Shown in pieces: positions 26,010 to 36,194 of a stretch of 64,000 bases of DNA. The position numbers and the translations under genes are program-made. Position 1 is the stretch's first letter. Each line of letters starts with the position of its first letter. Origin of the DNA: Entomortierella parvispora E1425 (taxonomy: Eukaryota > Fungi > Mortierellomycota). The stretch is from assembly GCA_020891255.1 (NCBI GenBank), contig BQFW01000009.1, forward strand, positions 310,001-374,000, read 5' to 3'. The notes beneath the pieces were generated by a model. The model searched no databases. It worked only from the letters and a program-made list of their open reading frames with translations, and had not been told where the DNA came from.

Positions 26010-26876
26010 TTATACTTGAAGTCCAAGCTTGTGCTCCATAGCAGCATGTACATCGACCATATCTGTGGAGAGCTCTGGCGCTATTATCACACGGGGTTAT
26101 TTTGAAAGAAGAGGAATGTTCAGTAAGGTGTCCATTTCCTTGAGAGTGAGATTGGCTCGCCAACAATCTTGCATTTTTTTGTATCTTACTGTTCAAAAAG
26201 TCTTCAAAATCGATGGACTCATCCTTTCCGAGCAAGATTTCCTCTCCCAAAGTACGCGACTTTTGAGGCAACATGGAGACGCCTCGGGCCTTTGTGACCA
26301 ATGAACGCTCCATGGCCATCTTGATAGGAGCATGCATTCCGTACATGTTGCGGGCCATGCTCATCTTGAGCTCCAGTTGTGTGTTATCCCACTCTGCCAG
26401 GCGGTTCTCCAAGGGGTGCTTGGCTGTGACTTCAGAGGCGATCTGGCGCATACCGAAGCGCATGGTGTCGTGAAGGCCATATGAGTTGGAAGTGTCCAAA
26501 ACCGAGGCTGAGCCAGCGGTCGATGGTTTGCTGGAGGGGGCGAGGCGAAGAGACTACAACAGAAAGAAAGAAAAAAGTAAAAGGAACGCCATCAGAAAAC
26601 GGGAACGTTATCATTTCCTTCCGAGATGAATGTCCCATCGAATCCATCCAGTCCATGCAGCTCATCCCTTCCGGTGCATCTGGTCCAGTGAGTCTCGATA
26701 TCCTCGTATCCTTTCAAAAAGACCAAAGGCAGTTCAAGAAAGCTCTTTGTTGGTTCTGAGGTAGGAACGTGGTTTTAGCGGAGGTGTGTTCCTGTGCATT
26801 GAACGACTTTATGGTCCAGTGTCTCCATATCCTGTCCATGTCCTTGTTTCAGCAGTCGGCTGCTATCCATTACCAT
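26010..26876 (-). CDS. UMP1: Proteasome maturation factor Ump1/POMP; 3 exons, first exon is the ATG alone
   Basis: HPLENRLAEW, RNMYGMHAPIKMAMER, LGEEILLGKDESIDFEDFLN and VHAAMEHKLGL. Structure ATG|GTAATG...GTTGTAG|TCTCTTCGC. Confidence 0.92.
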
Positions 26877-27163
26877 GATAAAAGTCGGTGGTTGATGTAA
26901 GGTGATGGAGGAGTGAATGAACGAATGAATGAATGGTGAATGCAACTTAACAGCTCTGACAGGCACACGCATGCATGCAGACGCGTTATACTAAGCAGTC
27001 ACTCAACCGACCGGGTGACGTATACGGCGCGCCTGGATTTAACGGTTCTCTATTTCCGCGCACGATTAAACAAAGCGCGCTCGGTGCCACGCGTGGAAAA
27101 AGGGGGAATCGCGCACTCACTCCATTCTACACTTTCACTTTCACTTCTTTACATTTTCATGCA

Positions 27164-27655
27164 ATGGTGCGCCACGAAAAGCGTTTAGGGATCACCGACG
27201 TCGCTTGGAGCTACGATGAGCCTTGTCAGGGATACTTTTCGACTGTCAAAGTCGAGCGTCTGGCTTCGCAAGGAGGGCAAAGTGCGGAGGTCCAGAGGAT
27301 TTCTGAAAAAATATGCGAAAGTGGTGAAGGCTGTTACTTTCAGCTACATACCTATGCCTATGGCGGATTTGGGCAGAAAGTGTCAGAGCAAACCATATTC
27401 ACCTTCATGAGACGGTACGGCATCGACCCTAACGCGATTGGTCATACCATCACCGTCGATGATGACTGGAACAATGCCAAGATATGTGTCCATACGGGAT
27501 GCCGAAAGACAGAGATCAAGGGACAAGCCCCGCATAAGAGATGCAGCCGGTGCAAAAACGTTTGGTTCTGCTCCAAAATATGTCAGACCGTTGACTGGAA
27601 AAAGCACATTAATACGGACATCGAAATAGTGATCTTTCAGACGTTTAGTCAATAA
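27164..27655 (+). CDS. Small protein with C-terminal MYND-type zinc finger
   Basis: CVHTGC...RCSRCKNVWFCSKICQTVDWKKH; the last canonical Cys is missing. Confidence 0.7.
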   Translation: MVRHEKRLGITDVAWSYDEPCQGYFSTVKVERLASQGGQSAEVQRISEKICESGEGCYFQLHTYAYGGFGQKVSEQTIFTFMRRYGIDPNAIGHTITVDDDWNNAKICVHTGCRKTEIKGQAPHKRCSRCKNVWFCSKICQTVDWKKHINTDIEIVIFQTFSQ

Positions 27656-27822
27656 AAAGGTTGAAGAACGTGGTGACCGCACTCTTTACCTGCAACTGGA
27701 AGTGATCACATCCCCACCCACTATCAAATCTTTTATCGCGAAAACGCGGATGAACAAAAAAAAGTGGATACTGGGGCTTGCAAAAGGGAACACATGTACG
27801 AGGAGAATAGGGGGTCAATATT

Positions 27823-28902
27823 TTAATCGTCAGCCACTACATCAAAAACGTGTTCTGAGTCTTGGGAAAAGAGAGACTGTGATTCCCGCGCGCTGTTTCT
27901 GGGCAGAGGTTCGAACTTTCGGCGCTTGTTTTCTGACTCTAGGGACTCGTGCACTCTGGGATGAACGACGTTCATGAGAGCTATCAAGTCGCTGCGGATG
28001 ATGTTGACGTGGTTGACAATGTTGCTCGAGAGGGCACAAATTTTGCATGTGCAATGATCATGACGTCCTTCCAATGGCATCCCGTTGCATCTTCCATATC
28101 CAAAGGCTCCGGTCTTCAGGGTTTCCACGAAGTCAGCAGCTGAAGAATAAGTTCTCTGCGAGCACTCTGCAGCAGCTATCGGGAATTTTGGCGGAAGTTC
28201 GATCTGACATGGGTCGGTTTGTGTTGAGGTTGAGATCGATTGTTTGTTCCTTTCCAAAGAGCAATGCCTATGATGATTACCATTCGACGTGATTTGAGTT
28301 GTTGGTTCTGATAGTGGCGGCGAGGACCTCCTCATTGGATTATATATCTTAACTCTTGGTTCGACGCCTTTGGCGATCCTTTGCAGATCGTCCCTGCGTC
28401 TGATTTCCTCGTCAATGTTCACGATCTCCTGTGCCATTGCTGACATTCGCGTGTCGACCCATGCATCCCCAGAATATAGAATATGTTGATTCAGGCCTAT
28501 TCGCTCCTGCACAAGACGCTCATATAGAGGAAATAGCGCTCTTGCAGTGACGCCAGCCATTATTGGCTCTGTCTCGGCAAGTCTCATCGCCAAATCCCTG
28601 AATCCTGCTCCATCTCGGCTGTGAGAGAAATAAAAGCTCTCGTCCTGCAACCGAGAAAGTTCGCGGAGATTTTTGTAGAGAAAAAGGACAGCTCTGAAAA
28701 TATGCTCGCGATTGGTGCAATTAGCATTGAATTGAAAAAGGCGAAAAACATGGCTAGCTGCAGCATCTGATGTTTTTCTCCCGACTTTCTGCAGATCTAC
28801 AAAATGGAAGATGCAGCAAACTTGTGAGAGAGAGTAGATTGGGCAAACATCAATGACTGGTACAGCTGAAGCACCCCTACCTTGACCTGAATTGCCATCC
28901 AT
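27823..28902 (-). CDS. Hypothetical protein, possibly Myb/SANT-like (Harbinger ORF2-type) DNA-binding protein with coiled coil
   Basis: 366-codon open frame, with a probable in-frame 84-nt intron (GTAGGG...TTTTGTAG). Segment ESFYFSHS..GFRDLAMRL..TARALFPLYERLVQER..YSGD..TRMSAMAQEIVNIDEE resembles the pattern of Harbinger-associated trihelix proteins (judged by eye). Confidence 0.45.
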   Translation of the reverse strand: MDGNSGQGRGASAVPVIDVCPIYSLSQVCCIFHFVDLQKVGRKTSDAAASHVFRLFQFNANCTNREHIFRAVLFLYKNLRELSRLQDESFYFSHSRDGAGFRDLAMRLAETEPIMAGVTARALFPLYERLVQERIGLNQHILYSGDAWVDTRMSAMAQEIVNIDEEIRRRDDLQRIAKGVEPRVKIYNPMRRSSPPLSEPTTQITSNGNHHRHCSLERNKQSISTSTQTDPCQIELPPKFPIAAAECSQRTYSSAADFVETLKTGAFGYGRCNGMPLEGRHDHCTCKICALSSNIVNHVNIIRSDLIALMNVVHPRVHESLESENKRRKFEPLPRNSARESQSLFSQDSEHVFDVVADD

Positions 28903-31381
28903 GAGCTCACACCACGTGGTCAATCATGTGCCACAACACGGATGGTGATATGTTTTTCTCCTGTGCACCCAGGTTCAATAGCTCGACCTTTTTGGGTGAG
29001 GTTGGTGAACAAAAAACATTGAAATATTGATTGGCGGCGTGTCCATTGTGGCTGAGTGGCAGTGTGGAGCGGAATTGGTGGCAAAATAAGCTCACACGTT
29101 CACGAGAGGCGCGACATGCGGGGTGTTGAATGGAAAGTTGGAAGGCTGTCAGGAAAAGATGCAGCACTGGCTCTTGCTTGTGTCAAGGTGGAGGAAGGTT
29201 GTAAAAGTCACCACTGCTCATGGAGGCCTCACGAAATGAAGGATGCTCGCATGAACCCATGCTGGCGGTTGAGTGTCAATGACAAAGGCCGAAAGGAGAA
29301 GAGAGTGAAGAGTACGTCTTCTGTGCCATCCAGGGGGAGATGGTGGCCGCACAGATCGGATCCCCGGTGAGGAACCATAAAATGAGAATGATAGAGTGGA
29401 TATGTCCTTATACAGTTGATCACAAAGGCTCTCAACGTATGTCTGGCTGTTCTGCAGGACCACACGCGTCAGCCCAGAAAGTGGAAGAATCGCATGCTAA
29501 CATGGCAAGTCATCCTTCAAAAAGGTTTGTTGCGATAGTGCGATGGCGGTGCAACGGTCGTGTGCAGCATATGGGTATCAGCTTTGGAACCGTGGACCTC
29601 GTTGAATGAACTTGACACGCGTTGTTGACAATTAAGGAGCGCAGGACCCTTGCACCCTGCTTGCAAGGTCGCCATAAAAAGCCGTTTTTTTTCATTCTTT
29701 CCTTTTTCTTCTTTTCCTTCTTTCTTCACCCATCCCACCTCCCACTTCCCAACTACCTACCACCCATCTTCACTTATACTTTAAGTTCTCTGCTTGCATA
29801 TATTGTCTGTTCCGTCTTGGAGTTCTTTGTCTCTGTCCTTACCCTGTTCTCGCGACACTTGGTTCGTTCACTGCCATCCTCCAAGACTCGGCAAGAAAGC
29901 CTTCAGGGAAGCACCAAAGGTAACTTCACGCTCCCCTCTCTACTCCACCCGGACAACAACACTTCTCTGCCACAACCTCTGGTCAGTAGCTCGTCCTTTG
30001 GGCGTGGCTGGAAGAGTGGGCTGGACCCTTGTTCAAAGTCAACGGCTCTGGGGTGATGCCCAAGCCCAGTGACTTTCTACTTGTGTTCAGTTTAGATCTT
30101 TGGGGCTTATGCCCAAGTCTTTGTCTGGTTGAGAGACGCAAGGCCCAGGTTGATGTGTGAGTATCTACCTTGACCTGAAGTTCACCGGTGTGAGTTGAAG
30201 GAGCTCGTGTCCTTTTTTGTTGTGCTTTTTTGAAGACGAGCTTTCTTCTCTCCAATACAAAGGAAGGGTGTTGCTCTGTTTGGCTGATCGTGGACTTTTT
30301 GAGGATTCCCTTTTCACATGAGGGAGTCTGAGGACTTCATTAGTGCGATCAGAAGGTATGTCTTGAGGGAAGAGTTTATATTGTCGGCGAGTTCTTTCAC
30401 GGCCACTGCATAGCGGCGCTGAAACGAGCATCCTCGTATCCCAGCCGAGCTGACGAGAGGAGTGCGGTGTACTAGTTGCCAGTGTAGTGTGTTCCTCTTG
30501 CAGGGCCGCTCACTTTATTATTGAGGCTTCGGACCCGATCACCACTACCGATTGTCAGAGGAGTTACCTGAACAAGGACGTAATCCTCCCTCCTTGGTCG
30601 ATGATACAAATGACCTATGCACTATTGACATGAAGGCGCTACGTCCGCCGGATCTCTACTTGGCTTAGGGGAAGGTCGGGTATAAGGTGGCAAGGTTGTC
30701 GGCGAGATCAGTTCTCTGAGAAGGATACCGGTCAAACGGTTCCAGAAGGAGCCTCGTAAGTTCATGAAGGAGATGAATCGTCTGAATAAGACACGTCCTT
30801 GATGTTCCTCACGATGATGGGTTGCCACCGCACATTTTTTGGGATGCGAAAGGTCTGCCGCCTGCTCGTTGGCGCATCCTGCACAGCTTCAGTTCTTTTG
30901 ATCAAAGAGCTGAGGCTGACTGAGAGCAGACCACTAGATAGAAATGACAAATGAAATAAACATGCAGACAGTTGAACATGAACTACTCTTGGTCCCAAAG
31001 AATGCATTTGCAGACAATGAGCAACAACAATGGCGAAATGAAGGTCAATGTTCAGCTCCATCTTGCACGCATGCATAAGCTGAAAAGCCATTTTCCCACG
31101 CCATATGAAAGCTGAAATGACGAAAGAATGACAAGAGTGCATTGCATTACCTCTTCTGAAATGAACATCCTCCCCGCGAGTTGCGACATTCGTGTCTGTC
31201 CCAGGGACAGGCACATGTGCCTTCCATTCCGAAACAAACGACTTCGCCCAAAACAGTCGAATCAACGCTCAGACCGCGTGGCTCTCCGCTCGAGACGTTC
31301 GAAAGATGATTTTTGATCTGGACGTTTATTTGACATCAAGGCGATGAGGGGTGACCTTTTTTTCTTCAAGGGTGAAGAGCT

Positions 31382-32032
31382 CTAGGGCCACCGAGGTGCC
31401 TGACAATCGCGTCTGGAGTGACAAGTGCTTGATACTTGATTGACTGGATTTTTTTCGTCCCCGCTGTAGAGCTCATTCTCATCCTCCTCTTGTGGACGGC
31501 ATACCTGAGTGTTCATAGCATCTAAAAACGCCCAAACGTCACGACTAGAGTCAAACTGTTGAGAAGTCTTGACATAGACAGCCATACCCATCCTCTCTAT
31601 GAGGCGTCAACTGGACATGATCCCAGAGCAACAGGTGTTTCCATTCAAGATATATTTCTTTCATGATGAGGTTGAAAATCGTAGAGAGCCGGGGTGTGGA
31701 GGTGTCAAAGATCTTTGCGGTGTCAACAAGTCATCCTCCAAGAGTGAGTCGGTTGAGAACCAGACATAGGCCATCCAGGCCAGACATAGAATAACCACGG
31801 TTGGAATGGTAGGTCAGCTGCATCCTGAGAGCACGAACCATGTAGCCAATTTCCGGCATGTGGAACTGAAACTCGTCATAGGCGTCTACACCGTTAATCA
31901 TAAGACAAAAGTTCATAGACCTTGGGATACTGTATGATGCTCTTCCTGATACTCATATTCGTCCTCCCACTCGAGGGCACGGAGGCTGGCTGCAGCAATG
32001 GAAGTGAGGGCAGATGTAATTTGGGTAGCCAT
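31382..32032 (-). pseudogene. Degenerate PIF/Harbinger (DDE_Tnp_4/HARBI1-like) transposase, truncated
   Basis: Pieces in shifting frames: LDGLCLVLNRLT, (stop) IFDTSTPRLSTIFN..EWKHLLLWD, VWAFLDAMNTQVCRP..LYSG, IKYQALVTPDAIVRHLGGP. These match the W-x-F-[IL]-D-G-T..CRP..YSGHK..KYQ..PDG..HL.GP core. Several frameshifts and stops; no second or third catalytic acid seen. Confidence 0.8.
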
Positions 32033-32628
32033 GAAGGTAGAAGGCAGGTAGAGAGAAGAAAGAAGTGAAAAAAAGCACAGTCATCCCCCATCCTCACATC
32101 CTCACTGCAGACAATAATAGCCTGCCTCCTTTCTTGTGTGCCCAAGAGAATCACTTTTTGATTCTCTCTGGAAATCAACTTTTTTCTGCTTTCCAGCGAG
32201 AATCAAGTTACACAAAAACGGAAGAAGGGCCAATCAACTCAAAGAATCAAAAAAGTGATTCTCTAGGCCTCGAAGAAAGGAGGCAGGCTAATGTCTGCTC
32301 CTTCCCCTCGCGAAGCGAAAATGAGAAAAAAAAAACCAGTCGGGACATTCACGTGATCAAATGGATATGTCACCGGAAATCAATTGATCGCATGTGTAGC
32401 ACTATCCACCGCGCATAAAAGCGCGCCGTTTGCGCACATGCATCTGCGCTCTTCGTCTCATTCGTTTGTCCTTGTTCAGGTTGCAACCGCCTGTTTGCTT
32501 GTCTTCTCTTTGCCTTCTTTGCTCCTGCCTCTGAACTTCTCTTGTCCTCCTCCGAGCCGCAGACAGCTGTGAGCGAAACGACCATTTCTTTTTCTTTTCT
32601 GTCCCTTGCTATTCAACCAATCCACACA

Positions 32629-35017
32629 ATGTCCTTCCTCGTCAAACGCCCTCCCGTCCAGTCCAATCGCCAGCAACGGCCTGCGGGTCTTGGTTCTAGC
32701 GCAGGACACTCCAGTGCGGGTCCCCCAATCAAGCGCAAGATTGAAAAGCCCATCCCACAGCCTCAGCCAGGAACCTATAAGGACTACAAGCTCGTCTCCA
32801 CCTCCAGGGACGTGCTCCATCACGTTATGCGTTTCCACGGCAGCAAGGACGTCAACCCCACCAAATTTAACGCTCCCGTGAAGTTGAACCGTAAACGCAA
32901 CGAAAACACTGGCTATTATCGCGGATACAACTATTACAACAACAACAACAATCCTCGAGCTGGCTTCAATAACCAGGCAAACAAGGATAATCAGGCAGCA
33001 AATGCCGCAGGTGGAGCAGACGGCGCTGCCGGAGCTGCTGGCGAGGAGAAGAAGCCTACAGGCGCTGACACGACGCTGATCGCACCCTACGGAGGAGGAG
33101 TGCGCAACAAGCAAATGTTGTTCAAGAAGCGAACACGTCAGATCTATCTCGCCAATGAGGATGAACGCAAAAAGAAGGAAATCGAGTCTGCACCTTGGGT
33201 GGTAGAGGACTATGACCACCAAAACAGTTTTACGGGACAGCTCGAAGGAGGTCAACATGCCAACTATGTCCTCTTTGTCTTTGCAGCGGACGGCTTCAAG
33301 GTTGTGCCAGCAGACAAGTGGTACAAGTTCAGCTCAAAGCTCCAATACGCCACCCTGACAGCCGAAGAAGCCGAGGAGCAGGTATAACAGCCGAATATAA
33401 AACGACCTGGGGATGCAACATGGTTGTGGAATTCTCCAAGATCCTACGAATTTATGGATCTATAATTTAACCGCATTTTCCACTTTTTTTATTTCTTTTT
33501 GTTAATAGTACCAAAAATCACAAAAGCAAAACAACAGCATTCGCTGGCTTATGAGGTCAAAGAAGGCCAAAGTAGAAGACGGCGAAGAGGGTGGTGAGGA
33601 TGGAGCGGAGGGAGAACAATTTATGGCTGTTGATCACGAGGATGATGGAGGGTAAGTCTGTACCAAGCTGGGCTATTGTTGGTAGTATTTTGATATCCAT
33701 TTGCAGTGTTTAATCGTTTGTCTTCTGTTATTCGATTTAGATATGACGAGGATGAAGCGAAGGAGAGAAAGCGCAAGCGTGGAAAACATGGTGATGCGGA
33801 CGAGATGGACTTTGACGAAGATTGGCAGGATGACGAAGAAGCCCCTGTAGATATGCCTGGCTTTGATGACGATGCTAAAGATGATGTATGTAACCTGACA
33901 AAGCTGCCTCTTCTCTCGACCTCCTGACATGATCTAAAGACATTGATAATTAACTCTTATTCTTGAACCAATAGCCTCGCCGAAAGCCCGGTGTATCTGC
34001 CATGGATAGTGACGAGGATGAGGATGAGGAGGAAAAGAAGGGTTTGACAGAAACGGGCAAGCAAATCAAAAAAGCGCTTCTCAAGCATCAAAAGACAAGA
34101 GTGTATGCCAGCGACGATGACAAGGATCCATATGCCAGTGTAAGATTTTCTTTATATTCTATATGTGTCTATTGTGGTTGGATGTTCTCTATTCTGGTAC
34201 TAAGACTCTCCTTGTATACCATTTTTTTATGTGACAGGATAAGGATTCTTCAGACTCAGACCTGGACGAGATCGACAAGGAGAAGGAAGGCATGAACGTC
34301 AAGGAAGAAGAAGAATTGCGCTTGCAGGATCTTACAAAGACAAAGAAGAAGGCAGCAACCAACACAAAGAACGCCCCCTTGATTGCCAAGAAGGCAAGCG
34401 CAGCAGCCAAGCCCTCGCCAAAACCTGTCAGCGCCAAGGTTGTAAAGCCCAAGGTGCCTATGCCCAACCCAAGAAATGCCAGCGCCGGTCTCCAGGCAAA
34501 CGGCAAGGGTGCGGTCTCTTCTGCTGCAGCATCATCGTCATCAAGTGCCGGTCGAGCTCACAGTCCTACACCTGTCGCAGGGGCTCGCTCTGTTTCCCCT
34601 CCAGCGGCCACATCCGGCCGTGCTAGTTCCCCTGGAGCAGACAAGAAGCGCCGCAAAATGGAAGGCGTACCAGGCGAGACGAGCGATGATGGTGCCGTCA
34701 AGAAGCAGAACCAGGCGTCAGGATCTGGCACAGTATCTGCTGGAGATGGTACAGTGTTGCTTATCACTCTGTTACTTTTATTAGATGCACGATAACTGAT
34801 GTTTTGTTTTGCAATTTGAATAGATTCGATGCTAATCACGGAGTCCGAGGTGGTATCGCTACTCAAGAGTCGACCTCAGATGACGACACGCGATCTCATC
34901 AATGATTTGAAGCGCAAGCTTCGAAAGGAACCACGCAACAAGGGCATCCTTGCCCAGATTGTGAAGAAGGTGGCCTCGTCCCAGGACGGTATCCTCAACT
35001 TGAAGGAGGGCTTTTGA
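32629..35017 (+). CDS. TFG1: Transcription factor TFIIF large subunit (RAP74), multi-exon
   Basis: HHVMRFH, PYGGG..FKKRTRQ, PWVVEDYD..FTGQLEGG, YVLFVF..GFKVVPADKWYKF, TLTAEEAE, an acidic middle and a C-terminal winged helix (ITESEVVSLL..MTTRDLI). Confidence 0.93.
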
Positions 35018-35119
35018 AGAGATAGTCCCCACTTGTCATTTTTTTTGCCGATCTACCCCTTAAAAAAGACAATATTTGCCATATAAAAGAAGCGCGATTG
35101 ACTTTATTCTTCCCCCTCC

Positions 35120-35227
35120 AAGGGACTCTAGATGTGTGTATCTTTCTTTATTGATCTCACGTGACTCCAAAGAAAAAATTGCTCTGCAATAAAGGGATCT
35201 CTCGATGCATCTCTCAGATCTCCATCT
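35120..35227 (+). repeat. Left inverted terminal repeat (108 bp), preceded by a 16-nt unique left end (35104-35119)
   Basis: Exact reverse complement of 39189-39296 by base-by-base comparison. Confidence 0.97.
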
Positions 35228-35285
35228 TTCTTTTTCACGCGGCCGGACATTAATCATCCCCCGAAACTCGACTGATCCTGATCTA

Positions 35286-36194
35286 ATGTCCGATGCCACC
35301 ACCCAATCTTCCCCCGACATTGCCACCTTGGCAGCTGCGGTCCTATCTCTTACCCAGAAACTATCTGACCAAGATCGACTCCTCAAGGAGCTACAGGACC
35401 AAGCCACTGAGAGCGACATTCGTCCTGGACAAGTGGTCTACAAGAGTGACCGAGCAACCACTCTCTTACAATACCCGGAACTTCAGAATCAGTACCCAGC
35501 AATCACACAAAAACACTTCTTCAACACTGTCCTCCCTGCAGGACATAACCTCTTTGACTGGAACGACTATCACTACACCGATGGTATGGTCTACAAAGCA
35601 CCACCAGTCTTGGAACATCAGGGCGTCACCCTCCCAGAGTTGGCTCGCAAACATGAGCAGGACCTGGCCAAGATTCAGGGACACATGGCCAACTCCACGA
35701 GATTGTTCGACACACTCGTCGACGAAATTCTCACATATGAAATGGACGCAGACGAGCTCGCCAAGCACGTCATTTCATTTGTCAACACTGCCCGCATCTT
35801 GGTATCTAACGACGCCTCCAAGATCAGCCTCATGCGGAAGGACATCTATCTCCGCCATCTGGAACTCCCAACTTCAGAGCCCCAGGAGAATGCTATCCTC
35901 ACTCTGGAAGACCTCGCCAAACGTAGAACGACTGTGGACCTCGTCAGCAAGACTTACACCAAGCCAAGCGTCAAGGAAAGCAAGAGACCCTTGCATAAGA
36001 AACCCGGGTTCAAGAAGAAGCAACCCGAGGACTCAGACAAGAAATCTACCCACGAGAAGTCAAAGGAGTCAACAAATAGCCGTGACGGTGGCGGCAGGAA
36101 CAACCGCCCTTACAAGGCCAGAAAGTCGAGCAACTACGACGACAACAAGTCTGCAGGAGACAAGGGAAACGGATCAGAGAAGGAGCGCCAGTAG
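35286..36194 (+). CDS. DIRS ORF1 (Gag-like, 302 aa)
   Basis: First ORF after the ITR. N-terminal coiled coil, YKAPPVL..DLAKIQ..STRLFD and a basic tail. Confidence 0.85.
   Translation: MSDATTQSSPDIATLAAAVLSLTQKLSDQDRLLKELQDQATESDIRPGQVVYKSDRATTLLQYPELQNQYPAITQKHFFNTVLPAGHNLFDWNDYHYTDGMVYKAPPVLEHQGVTLPELARKHEQDLAKIQGHMANSTRLFDTLVDEILTYEMDADELAKHVISFVNTARILVSNDASKISLMRKDIYLRHLELPTSEPQENAILTLEDLAKRRTTVDLVSKTYTKPSVKESKRPLHKKPGFKKKQPEDSDKKSTHEKSKESTNSRDGGGRNNRPYKARKSSNYDDNKSAGDKGNGSEKERQ

Noticed and set aside
29077-29085. Perfect PACE/Rpn4 site GGTGGCAAA
   Set aside because: A single copy upstream of a non-proteasomal ORF and not seen near UMP1 or ECM29; compatible with chance.
27600-32400. TIRs and TAA/TTA TSD delimiting one Harbinger element
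   Set aside because: No convincing inverted pair found by eye, so boundaries are not asserted.
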